A stretch of 64,000 nucleotides of DNA from Deltaproteobacteria bacterium (GTDB taxonomy: Bacteria > Myxococcota_A > Polyangia > Fen-1088). A program made the position numbers and the translations under genes. Of the stretch, positions 30,052 through 39,113 are shown one piece after another; the first letter of the stretch is position 1, and the number at the start of each line of letters is the position of its first letter. The notes under the pieces are model-generated. The model was not told where the DNA came from, ran no database searches, and saw nothing but the letters and a program-made list of their open reading frames with translations. Location: NCBI GenBank assembly GCA_033763315.1, contig JANRKS010000001.1, forward strand, positions 160,001 through 224,000, read 5' to 3'.

Positions 30052-30579
30052 TTACGTTGGCTCTTTGGGCGCGCAGAACCGGGCGCGGCCCAAGTCTTTC
30101 GGATCAAGGGAACTCGATCCGTGCTCTCCCACGTAGCGGCATTCGTAACCGCCGCGGCAATCGCCGTTGCCGCCACACTTAAGCGCGCAGTAACGTCGTT
30201 CGGCGGCGCGTGGCGAACAAAGGCCACCCTCGAGGCAGATCTCGTCTGCGCCGCAATCGTTGGTGCTTACGTCTTCGGTGGCGGGATCGCACGCTTGGCT
30301 CAGAAACTTCGCGGGAAAGAACCGCACACACATCGCTTCGTCGGGGCACGACGTCCGGCTGCAGCCTTCGATCGTGCAATACCCACCCGGTTGCGAGATG
30401 TCACAGGGGCGGTTGCCTTCGGTGCTGCAATCGATGTTTGTTTTGCAGCTGTCACCAATGTCGTTGCCGCACGCCAAGCTTGTGAAGGCAAGCCCCACGC
30501 AGAGGGCAAGGCGCAAGGGCCACCCGGTCACGCGGGCGGCGGGGGCGATAACAACAGATAGGGCAGCGGCTAACGGCAC
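30052..30579 (-). CDS. Cysteine-rich lipoprotein
   Basis: Lipobox SLAC followed by about 14 further Cys (IGDSC...PGGYCT...). Start uncertain. Confidence 0.75.
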   Translation of the reverse strand: MPLAAALSVVIAPAARVTGWPLRLALCVGLAFTSLACGNDIGDSCKTNIDCSTEGNRPCDISQPGGYCTIEGCSRTSCPDEAMCVRFFPAKFLSQACDPATEDVSTNDCGADEICLEGGLCSPRAAERRYCALKCGGNGDCRGGYECRYVGEHGSSSLDPKDLGRARFCAPKEPT

Positions 30580-30655
30580 CCCGCGGTTTTAGCCCCGGGG
30601 TGGCCGAAGAGCAACCCAGCACGTGCGAACCCCACCTGCTAATTTCGGCAGCCTG

Positions 30656-31177
30656 ATGCCCCCAACCTTACCCTTACACCCACGGGCCCCCGTTACGGCC
30701 TATGTGGCGTTGGGGGCCAACCTGGGCGATCGGCTCGCAAATTTGCAGGCCTCCTGCGCGGGTTTGGCTGCGGCGGGTGTGCACATCGAAGCGCGCTCCG
30801 AGGTGTTTGAAACCGACGCCGTGGCCAGCGATGAACAGCCGGCATACCTCAATGCCGCGATCCGCGTGCGAACCACGCTTGCGCCCCAGGGCTTGCTGGC
30901 CTTGGCCATGGACGTTGAGCGGCAGCTCGGGCGGCAGCGCAGCCGGGCCACGCGGTGGGCGCCACGCACCGCCGACATCGATCTGCTGCTTTACGAAGGC
31001 GTCACTATGGACGCCGACGGCCTAACGTTGCCTCACCCGCGTTTGCTTGAGCGTGCCTTCGTGCGCGTTCCCCTGGCACAAGTGGCGCGGCCAGGTTTGC
31101 GCCATCCCACGAGTGGTGAACGCCTTGATGAAGCGATTGCCTCTGCCGGCGTGCGCGTGTGGCCAGGCCATTTGTGA
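30656..31177 (+). CDS. folK: 2-amino-4-hydroxy-6-hydroxymethyldihydropteridine diphosphokinase
   Basis: YVALGANLG, YLNAA, WAPRTADIDLL and LPHPRLLERAFV. Confidence 0.95.
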   Translation: MPPTLPLHPRAPVTAYVALGANLGDRLANLQASCAGLAAAGVHIEARSEVFETDAVASDEQPAYLNAAIRVRTTLAPQGLLALAMDVERQLGRQRSRATRWAPRTADIDLLLYEGVTMDADGLTLPHPRLLERAFVRVPLAQVARPGLRHPTSGERLDEAIASAGVRVWPGHL

Positions 31178-31218
31178 CCGGGCCCATCCACGGCCACCGT
31201 CGGCTATGCTGCGGCACC

Positions 31219-32310
31219 ATGGCGCGCGTTTTCGGTTTGTGTGTGGCAGCTGGCTTGTTTGCAGCCTGTGGAGGCGACGAAGCCGCCTACGATGGCCCGC
31301 GCGTTCCGCTTAAAGTGATGACGCGCAACCTGTATTTGGGCGCAGACATCACCGACGTGGTGTTGTCGCCCTCCGTTGAACAGGTGCCCGCACGCGCTGC
31401 CGCGTTTTGGGCCGAGGTTGTGCGCAGCGATTTCCCTGCCCGCGCGAAGCTCCTGGCCGATGAGATTATGGCCACGTCGCCCGATGTGATTGGGTTGCAG
31501 GAGGTCGAGATCTTCCGCCAACAGGTGCCCAGCGATTTTGCGGCCGCGCCCGGGGTCAACGCCACCGTTGTGGCCTACGATTTTTTGGCGCTTCTGTTGG
31601 AAGAAGTGGCCGCGCGCGGGCAGCCCTACAACGTGGTGCTTGAAAACACGTTGAGTGACGTCGAATTGCCAACCGCCTTGCCCGATGGTGGCTTGATGGA
31701 TCTGCGCATGACGGATCGCGATGTGATGCTGGCCAAGCCCGGCGTGGTGACAGCGCCGCTGGCAAAGGCGGCGTTCACCAACTTCTTGGCTGTGAACGTG
31801 GGTGGGGCAGCGGGGCCGCGTGTCGAAGTCAAACGCGGTTACGCCACAGCCAACGTCACGATGCCCAGCGCCGTGGGCGCAGCCACGTTCATCTGGGGCA
31901 ACGCGCATCTGGAGGTGGGCGGGCCACTCAAAGCGTTCCAAGAGCCGCAGGCCGATGAACTTGTGCGGCTGATGAAGCCTATCTCTGGGCCCATGATTTT
32001 CACTGGCGACTTCAACAGCCCTGCCACCGGGTTGGGTACGCGCAGCTATGGTTTCTTGCGAAGGATCTTCGCTGACAGCTATCAGCAACTCAACTTGGCT
32101 GAGCCGGGCTTTTCATGCTGCATGGACATCTATGCACCGGGTCTTGCCGGCGTGGATGAGCGCATCGATCTTGTGCTCACGCGCGATGACATCACGGCCA
32201 CGGCCGCCACGGTCGTGGGAGGCATCGAGCGCACGGCTTCGGGTATTTCCGCCTCTGATCACCGTGGTGTGGTGCTGACGTTGGGGTTGGTTCCCGACGC
32301 GGCCCGGTGA
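31219..32310 (+). CDS. Endonuclease/exonuclease/phosphatase-family lipoprotein
   Basis: Lipobox LFAAC, VMTRNLYLGAD, PDVIGLQE, GDFNS, RID and SDH. Confidence 0.88.
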   Translation: MARVFGLCVAAGLFAACGGDEAAYDGPRVPLKVMTRNLYLGADITDVVLSPSVEQVPARAAAFWAEVVRSDFPARAKLLADEIMATSPDVIGLQEVEIFRQQVPSDFAAAPGVNATVVAYDFLALLLEEVAARGQPYNVVLENTLSDVELPTALPDGGLMDLRMTDRDVMLAKPGVVTAPLAKAAFTNFLAVNVGGAAGPRVEVKRGYATANVTMPSAVGAATFIWGNAHLEVGGPLKAFQEPQADELVRLMKPISGPMIFTGDFNSPATGLGTRSYGFLRRIFADSYQQLNLAEPGFSCCMDIYAPGLAGVDERIDLVLTRDDITATAATVVGGIERTASGISASDHRGVVLTLGLVPDAAR

Positions 32311-32319
32311 AAGTTGTGC

Positions 32320-33465
32320 TTACAAGATCACTTGGCCAGGGCAGCCGAACTTGACTTGTGCTTCTTTGATGTCGCCCTTCTTGAGCTTGTCGCAATAGGC
32401 ACCCTTCACAACGATCGAACGGTTGCCAGCGCCGTAAGCCCAGTCGTTGGAGCCCAAGCGCGAGCCATCAAGTTCAACGGCCACATCACCCGGTGAAACA
32501 GGGGGCTGCGTGAGCACGAACGTGCAGTCCGCCGCTTGTTGGGCGATCGATCCAAGCGCTGTCGTCAACTCGGCTTGGTTGTTGGCTGAATAGAATTTGG
32601 TGTCACCGTCGCGGGCGCGGCCACCCGCTTGCGCCATGTTATTCAAAACGGCGAAGGGATCCACGCCATCAACCTTGATGCCCGAGGCAGCGATGCCCAC
32701 CACGAACGTGGCGAAGCCGGCGGCGTTGGCAGCGGCCACCGCGGCCACGGCGCCATCCACGTCACTGTTGCGATCGCTGCCGTCACGGCAATTCGGAATG
32801 CCATCGGTGGCCAGCAACAGGAACTTCGGGTTCATCGATGTGCGCGCCTTCATCAGCGTCGTGGCTTCTTCCACCGCCTTGGCTGTGGGCGTGGCGCCGC
32901 GATCACGCGTGGGCGTGTTCATGTTCACGGTCGACATGATCGACGTGTGTTGAGACAAGCCTGGATCCACGCCTGCGATGGGGCTGGTTGCACAGGCGCT
33001 GTCGCCTTCCTTTTTCCAGGCGGGGTACATTTTGAGGCCCCAATGAACGCCCATCTGGGTGTTGGCCAAGGTGGCATCAATGGCCGCTGTGGTTTGTGCC
33101 CACTTATCGGGGCTGCCCGTGCCGCCTTGGGCATCACGCCTCATCGAGCCTGAGCGATCCAACACCAACAAGATTTCAGGTGGCAGCCGGTTGAGCTGGA
33201 AGTTTTGTTGCGCGCAGAACTTGTCGTCGCCGCTGCCGCTGCCGCTGCCTGAGCCGGATTTGCCGCCCTTGCCACTCATCAGCTGGTCGGGAAAATAGCC
33301 GGCGCCGCCCGAGTTTATACCCGAGGTGCCTCCGCCTCCCGACGAGCCGTTCTTTGAGCCCGCACCAAAGGGATCGTTGCTATCGCTCCCCGTGCCTTGT
33401 GAAGCGCCACACCCCATCGCTGCAAAACCAATCAGTGCGGCCACTCGAACGCATGCCTTCGACAT
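32320..33465 (-). CDS. vWA-domain lipoprotein (myxobacterial, CglB-like architecture)
   Basis: Lipobox AMGC, Gly/Ser linker, MIDAS motif LVLDRSGSM, ATPT and LATDG. Confidence 0.85.
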   Translation of the reverse strand: MSKACVRVAALIGFAAMGCGASQGTGSDSNDPFGAGSKNGSSGGGGTSGINSGGAGYFPDQLMSGKGGKSGSGSGSGSGDDKFCAQQNFQLNRLPPEILLVLDRSGSMRRDAQGGTGSPDKWAQTTAAIDATLANTQMGVHWGLKMYPAWKKEGDSACATSPIAGVDPGLSQHTSIMSTVNMNTPTRDRGATPTAKAVEEATTLMKARTSMNPKFLLLATDGIPNCRDGSDRNSDVDGAVAAVAAANAAGFATFVVGIAASGIKVDGVDPFAVLNNMAQAGGRARDGDTKFYSANNQAELTTALGSIAQQAADCTFVLTQPPVSPGDVAVELDGSRLGSNDWAYGAGNRSIVVKGAYCDKLKKGDIKEAQVKFGCPGQVIL

Positions 33466-33620
33466 CTTTTTCCCCCGGCTGCGACGATTCTAAAGAAACG
33501 TCTGTGCCCAATAGTAGCACAACAGGTGTTAATGCACCTCGGCCCTGAAAGATCCCCGGGGTGTGGCGTGATCGGTAATTTGGATGGCCGCTGGGCGTGC
33601 CTCAGAGTGTGATGCGGAAG

Positions 33621-34985
33621 ATGTTCCGCAAGCGCGACGTAGCCATACATTTCGTAGGGATAGGGGGGATCGGCATGTCCGGGATTGCCGAAGTCCTTTT
33701 GAACTTGGGCTACCACGTCTCGGGCTCAGATCTGCACGAAACGGATGTGACGCGGCGTTTAACGACGCTTGGCGCCCGCATCGGCTTCGGCCACAAAGCG
33801 GAAAACGCCGCCGGTGCGGACGTTGTGGTGGTGTCGAGCGCCGTCAAAGCCGACAACCCGGAAGTTGCCGCCGCGCGCGCCAAAGACATCCCGGTCATTC
33901 CACGCGCCGAAATGCTGGGCGAATTGATGCGCGTCAAAGACGGCGTGGCCGTGGCCGGCTCACACGGCAAAACCAGCACCACAACCATGCTGGCCTCTGT
34001 CTTTGCCGCCGCTGGTATGGACCCAACCGTGGTCATCGGTGGCAAGGCTCAAGCGCTAGGCTCGAACGCGCGGCTTGGCCACGGCGACATCTTGGTGGCC
34101 GAAGCCGACGAGTCCGACGGCTCGTTTCGCCACTTGTTCCCGATGGTGGCGCTCATCACGAACCTTGATCGTGAACACCTCGATCACTACGGCGGTATGG
34201 AGCCGCTGCGCGAAGCGTTCGTCGATTTTGCCAATAAGGTGCCGTTTTATGGCCTGGTGGTTTTGTGCGCCGACAACGCCGAAGCCGCTGCGCTTTCGCC
34301 GCGCCTGTTGAAGCGCCACGTGACCTATGGCCTCACCGCCGGTGATTACCGCGGCACCTTGTTGCAAACAAGCGCCGCCGGCAGCCACATGCGCATTGAA
34401 CACAAGGGCAAAGTCTTAGGTGAAGTGCACGTGCGCATGCCCGGCGTTCACTACGCGCAAAACGCTCTCGGTGCGTTCGCCGTCGCTGATTTTCTCGGCG
34501 TCTCGTTCGCGGTGTACGCGGCGGCGCTGGCGGCTTTCGATGGCGTGGATCGCAGGTTTTCGATTCGAGGTGAAGCCGCGGGCGTGTTGGTTGTGGATGA
34601 TTACGGCCACCACCCCACGGAGATCGCGGCCACCATTGCGGGCGCGCGCTTGTTTGGCCGTCGCCTCGTGGTGGCGTTTCAGCCGCACAGGTATTCACGC
34701 ACCCGTGATCTGTTGGCTGATTTCGCGCCATCACTCTCGGGTGCCGACGTGCTGGTGCTAACCGACATCTACGCCGCTGGCGAGACGCCCCTGCCCGAGG
34801 GGTCTTTGCCCGCACTGCTGGGCACGTTCTCAAAGCCCCCAAAACACGTGGCGCGGCCCGCTTTGGTGTCCGCCCTGTGCGATGTGCTTGCGCCGGGCGA
34901 TCTGCTTTTGACTTTAGGTGCGGGCGACATCACCAAAGTGGGACCTGAGGTGTTGGCGCGGCTACGGGCGGGAGCGCCCGCATGA
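33621..34985 (+). CDS. murC: UDP-N-acetylmuramate--L-alanine ligase
   Basis: IHFVGIGGIGMSGIA, GSHGKTSTT, EADESDGSF, DDYGHHPTE and FQPHRYSRT. Confidence 0.97.
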   Translation: MFRKRDVAIHFVGIGGIGMSGIAEVLLNLGYHVSGSDLHETDVTRRLTTLGARIGFGHKAENAAGADVVVVSSAVKADNPEVAAARAKDIPVIPRAEMLGELMRVKDGVAVAGSHGKTSTTTMLASVFAAAGMDPTVVIGGKAQALGSNARLGHGDILVAEADESDGSFRHLFPMVALITNLDREHLDHYGGMEPLREAFVDFANKVPFYGLVVLCADNAEAAALSPRLLKRHVTYGLTAGDYRGTLLQTSAAGSHMRIEHKGKVLGEVHVRMPGVHYAQNALGAFAVADFLGVSFAVYAAALAAFDGVDRRFSIRGEAAGVLVVDDYGHHPTEIAATIAGARLFGRRLVVAFQPHRYSRTRDLLADFAPSLSGADVLVLTDIYAAGETPLPEGSLPALLGTFSKPPKHVARPALVSALCDVLAPGDLLLTLGAGDITKVGPEVLARLRAGAPA

Positions 34986-35887
34986 ACGACACGCCCGTGT
35001 TGCAAGTTGAATTTCCCAAGCCCAAGCGCTTTCGCCGCCGCTCCAACAAACGCGTGGTGGTGCAACGCAAGCCGCTGTCTGTGTCTGTTGTTGACGGCGT
35101 CGCGGCGCTGGGGCGAGGCCTTGGCCTTGTGGTTCGCAAACTCGCGCGCCCCGTGTTGATGCTGGCCTTCTTTGCGGCGGTGATCGTCGGCGGCCGCTGG
35201 GGCCTGCTGCACGTGCTCAAGTCGCCGCGGTTTGCGTTGGCACAGATTCTTGTGGGCCCAACCCAGCACATCAGCCACGCCGAGGTCATCAACCTGGCGG
35301 GCGTTGAGCTTGGTGCGAAGCTGCTTTCGGTGGATCCCGATGAAGTGGCCGCACGTGTGGCGCAACACCCGTGGGTGTTCAGCGTGCACGTCGAACGCAA
35401 GCTGCCGGCGGCTCTGCAGATCGATATTGTTGAACGCAACGCCGCCGCCGTGGCGATGTTGGGTGGGCTTTACCTGGTGGATGAAGAAGGCCATGCGTTC
35501 AAGCGCGCCACCACGGCCGAAGCCGCGGGCTTGGTGATCTTTACGGGCATCGAACGCGAACAATACACCGAACGCCCCGATGCCGTGCGCGCCGCCTACA
35601 AAGACGCGTTGGGCTTGCTTGCCGAGTACAGCCGCAACCCCAAACGGCCAAAACTATCGGAGATTCGCATCGATCCTCGCTATGGCTACAGCCTCCACTT
35701 TCTGCAATCGGGCGCCGAAGTGCGGCTTGGAAATTCTTCTTATAGTGAAAAATTGGCGCGTCTTGATCAGATCCTAGATGCTCTACAGCACGCGGGCCTT
35801 GATGCCCCTGGCGTGCTGCGGATCGTTCACCTGGACGGCCCGGCAGACAGCCGGGTCTCGATGCGCCTGTCATTGGGCGACAGCTGA
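34982..35887 (+). CDS. ftsQ: Cell division protein FtsQ
   Basis: Basic cytoplasmic N-terminus, TM helix and POTRA domain (HPWV..VHVERKLP..LQIDIVER). Lies directly before ftsA. Confidence 0.88.
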   Translation: MNDTPVLQVEFPKPKRFRRRSNKRVVVQRKPLSVSVVDGVAALGRGLGLVVRKLARPVLMLAFFAAVIVGGRWGLLHVLKSPRFALAQILVGPTQHISHAEVINLAGVELGAKLLSVDPDEVAARVAQHPWVFSVHVERKLPAALQIDIVERNAAAVAMLGGLYLVDEEGHAFKRATTAEAAGLVIFTGIEREQYTERPDAVRAAYKDALGLLAEYSRNPKRPKLSEIRIDPRYGYSLHFLQSGAEVRLGNSSYSEKLARLDQILDALQHAGLDAPGVLRIVHLDGPADSRVSMRLSLGDS

Positions 35888-35911
35888 GGCATTCGAGAAA
35901 GACAAACACAC

Positions 35912-37138
35912 ATGGCACGACGAAGTTCCGACATCATCGTAGGGCTGGACATCGGGACAACCAAGATCGCCTGCGTCGTCGCTGAGCGCGGCGAAGATGG
36001 CCTGGACGTTATCGGTGTGGGCACGCAGCTGTCACGCGGCCTGAAAAAGGGCGTGATCGTCAACATCGATTCAACGGTGGCGGCCATCAAGCAAGCCGTG
36101 GCGGAAGCCGAGGGCATGTCGGGCTGCGAGATCTCTCAGGTCTATGTGGGCGTGGCAGGCGGGCACATCAAGGGTGTGAATTCCACCGGCACCGTGGCCA
36201 TCAAGGACAAAGAAGTGCGCCCCACGGATGTGGCGAAAGTTCTGGATCTGGCGCGCGCCATCGCGTTGCCCGCCGACCGACACATCGTTCACGTGTTGCC
36301 GCAGGAATACCAAATCGATGGCCAAGACGGCGTGCGCGAGCCTTTGGGCATGTGTGGCGTGCGTCTCGAAGCGCGCGTGCACATCGTGACCGCCGCCGCC
36401 GCCGCCGCACAAAACATCATCAAGTGCTGCAGCCGCGCGGATTTGGAAGTGCTGGACATCGTGCTTGAGCCCTTGGCCTCGGGCGAAGCGGTGCTCGAAG
36501 AAGACGAAAAGGGTTTGGGCGTGGCGTTGATCGACATCGGCGGCGGCACCACGGATATTGCCGTGTTTTGCGATGGCGCCGTGGCACATACGTCCGTGCT
36601 GCCGATCGGCGGCCACCAATTGACCAGCGACATCGCGTTTGGTCTGCGCACGCCGCCGCACGAAGCGGAACGCATTAAACATCACTTTGGTTGCGCCACG
36701 GCCAGCATGGTTCAAGAAGGCGAAACCATCGAAGTGCCTTCGGTGGGCGGGCGTGAACCGCGCGTGCTGTCGCGCCAGATGCTTTGCCGCGACATCATCC
36801 AACCGCGCGTGGAAGAGATCTTTGCGCTCGTCAAAGGCGAGATCGCGCGCCTTGGTTGCGAGGACATGCTGGCGTCGGGCGCGGTGATCACCGGCGGCGC
36901 CACGCAATTGCCGGGTATGGCTGAATTGGCCGAAGAGATCTTGGGCCTGCCTGTGCGCGTGGGCATGCCGAAGAGCGTGGGCGGCTTGGCAGACGCGGTG
37001 AAAACGCCTTCATTCGCCACCGGCGTGGGCTTGGTGCTTTACGGTGCGCAACAACAAGGCATGGACACGCACGCCGAAGGTCCACGGCGCCGCGGCTTCT
37101 TCGAGAAGTTCCGCCGCATGATTTCGAACACGTTCTAA
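35912..37138 (+). CDS. ftsA: Cell division protein FtsA
   Basis: GLDIGTTK, GLKKGVIVNI, DIGGGTTD, VITGG and an amphipathic C-terminal helix. Confidence 0.97.
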   Translation: MARRSSDIIVGLDIGTTKIACVVAERGEDGLDVIGVGTQLSRGLKKGVIVNIDSTVAAIKQAVAEAEGMSGCEISQVYVGVAGGHIKGVNSTGTVAIKDKEVRPTDVAKVLDLARAIALPADRHIVHVLPQEYQIDGQDGVREPLGMCGVRLEARVHIVTAAAAAAQNIIKCCSRADLEVLDIVLEPLASGEAVLEEDEKGLGVALIDIGGGTTDIAVFCDGAVAHTSVLPIGGHQLTSDIAFGLRTPPHEAERIKHHFGCATASMVQEGETIEVPSVGGREPRVLSRQMLCRDIIQPRVEEIFALVKGEIARLGCEDMLASGAVITGGATQLPGMAELAEEILGLPVRVGMPKSVGGLADAVKTPSFATGVGLVLYGAQQQGMDTHAEGPRRRGFFEKFRRMISNTF

Positions 37139-37270
37139 GCCGTTCCTTCTGCGTATCCCTTTGAAACCATTGAGGGGCAACGCATGTTCAGGTAGGCACG
37201 ATTTGTGATCGAAAATTTTGGTCGCAAGCGGTCACGTGAGATTCCTGGATATAAGGGAGATACATTTCGC

Positions 37271-38938
37271 ATGCTCGAATTCGACGACGTTTCGGGAACC
37301 GGCCAACCAGTGATCAAGGTGGTGGGCGTAGGTGGTGGTGGAGGTAATTCAATCAACACCATGATCGAGGCCGGCATTCAGGGCGTCGACTTCGTGGTGG
37401 CGAACACCGACTGCCAAGTGCTGAGCGCCAACCTTGCACCGACCAAAATTCAAATTGGGCGTGGCTTGACCAAAGGCTTGGGCGCCGGGGCGAACCCCGA
37501 CATCGGTGCGGCGGCGGCGTTGGAAGACGCACAACGCATGGCCGAGATCCTCACGGGCGCCGATATGGTGTTCGTGACGGCCGGCATGGGCGGCGGCACC
37601 GGCACTGGCGCGGCTCCTGTGATTGCGCAAGTGGCGCGCGACTTGGGTGCTTTGACGGTGGGCGTGGTGACCAAGCCCTTTGCGTTTGAAGGCATGCAAC
37701 GCAAAAAGCGCGCGTTGGCCGGCATCGCTGCCTTGGCCAAAGCCGTGGACGCCTTGATCGTGATCCCGAACGATCGATTGCTCGGCCTGGCTGGCACGAA
37801 GACGGCACTCAAAGACGCGTTCTCGATGGTCGACGCGGTTTGTTTGAACGCTGTGCGCGGCATCAGCGATTTGGTGATGGTCCCCGGCCTTATCAACGTC
37901 GACTTTGCCGACGTGCGAACGATCATGACCGGCATGGGCCGCGCTTTGATGGGCACGGGCCGCGCCACGGGTGAAAAGCGCGCGATCGAGTCTGCACGCA
38001 TGGCGATCAACTCGCCTTTGCTTGAGGACGTTTCAATCAATGGCGCCACGGGCATCTTGGTGAACATCACGGGTGGCCCTGATTTGACCTTGGCTGAAGT
38101 GCAAGAGGCTTGCTCCTTGGTGCACGAAGCGGCGGATCCCGAGTGCAACATCATCTTCGGCTCTGTGATCGATCCGAACTGCCGCGACGAAGTGCGCATC
38201 ACCGTGATCGCCACGGGTTTCCAAACGGCGCCCGCGGTTGACGTGAACGACGGACGCAACACGCAACGTCCACCCGCACGCCGTGAGCAAATGGCTTTAC
38301 CGATGCAAAACAGCGCGCCCCAAAACTACGCGCAACATCACGCCGTGCACGACGTGCGCACACAACAGTACGCACCCGTGCCACAGCAAGCGCGGCCTCA
38401 AGAGCGACTGCAGGATCGATCGCAAGATCCGTATGCCGAGCTCGAAGCGTCTGCCGCTTACGCAGAGCCCGCCGGTGAATCAACCGATCGATCACCTTAC
38501 GGGATGGGTTGGGACAACACGGCTCCGCAAGAGCCACAGACGCCGGCTCCCAATCCCCACGCGGTTACTTTGCGCTACGGCTCGAACCCGGCATTCACGC
38601 CGCCTGCACCTGATTATGCGCAGTACGAACGCACGCCCAACCCCGTGCCCGTGGGCTCGATGCACCAAGGGCATGCCGGGCAAGTGTCTGGCCCTGCACC
38701 GCAATGGGAAGCGGCGCCTGAATCACGCCCGGTGATCCACGCCCCGGCCCCCGTCGCACGATCGGCTAGCCCACAACCTGCCGCTGGCCGCTGGGCGCCC
38801 GATTACTCCACGCCCGCCTTCAGTGGCGAGATGGGTCACTTCGAGAGCGAACTTGATACGCCTGCGTTCTTGCGCCGTCGCATGACCAAGGAACAAGCCG
38901 CGGCTTGGACCCCACGTCACCCGATCGATCGGGAATAG
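37271..38938 (+). CDS. ftsZ: Cell division protein FtsZ with long C-terminal linker
   Basis: [28 protein letters not shown] and C-terminal [19 protein letters not shown] precedes ATG 37271. Confidence 0.97.
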   Translation: MLEFDDVSGTGQPVIKVVGVGGGGGNSINTMIEAGIQGVDFVVANTDCQVLSANLAPTKIQIGRGLTKGLGAGANPDIGAAAALEDAQRMAEILTGADMVFVTAGMGGGTGTGAAPVIAQVARDLGALTVGVVTKPFAFEGMQRKKRALAGIAALAKAVDALIVIPNDRLLGLAGTKTALKDAFSMVDAVCLNAVRGISDLVMVPGLINVDFADVRTIMTGMGRALMGTGRATGEKRAIESARMAINSPLLEDVSINGATGILVNITGGPDLTLAEVQEACSLVHEAADPECNIIFGSVIDPNCRDEVRITVIATGFQTAPAVDVNDGRNTQRPPARREQMALPMQNSAPQNYAQHHAVHDVRTQQYAPVPQQARPQERLQDRSQDPYAELEASAAYAEPAGESTDRSPYGMGWDNTAPQEPQTPAPNPHAVTLRYGSNPAFTPPAPDYAQYERTPNPVPVGSMHQGHAGQVSGPAPQWEAAPESRPVIHAPAPVARSASPQPAAGRWAPDYSTPAFSGEMGHFESELDTPAFLRRRMTKEQAAAWTPRHPIDRE

Positions 38939-38958
38939 TCGTTCGAACCTGGTTGGCC

Positions 38959-38998
38959 CGAGCGGGCGCCTGTGAAAGCGGGCGCCTTTGCTCGTTTT
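38959..38998 (+). terminator. Probable intrinsic terminator after ftsZ
   Basis: Stem-loop CGAGC-GGGCGCCTGT-GAAA-GCGGGCGCCT-TT-GCTCG followed by TTTT. Confidence 0.65.
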
Positions 38999-39113
38999 GG
39001 GGAGGCTGTGTGGACGAACGCAGCGCCGCGCTCGTGGGCCCTCGCCGGCTTGCATTTTAATCTTTTGTTGCGACACCCGGTTCGGCACCCCCTCATGATC
39101 TGGGGCATTCCGA

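Noticed and set aside
32320-33465. Calling the vWA lipoprotein cglB
   Set aside because: vWA lipoproteins are multi-copy in myxobacteria and no other gliding genes are adjacent.
33491-33510. Sigma-54-like GGCACAGACGTTTCT (minus strand) upstream of the vWA lipoprotein
   Set aside because: The -12 element is TTTC rather than TTGC, which is too weak to call.
37193-37209. Sigma-54-like AGGCACGATTTGTGAT upstream of ftsZ
   Set aside because: The -12 position reads GA rather than the conserved GC.
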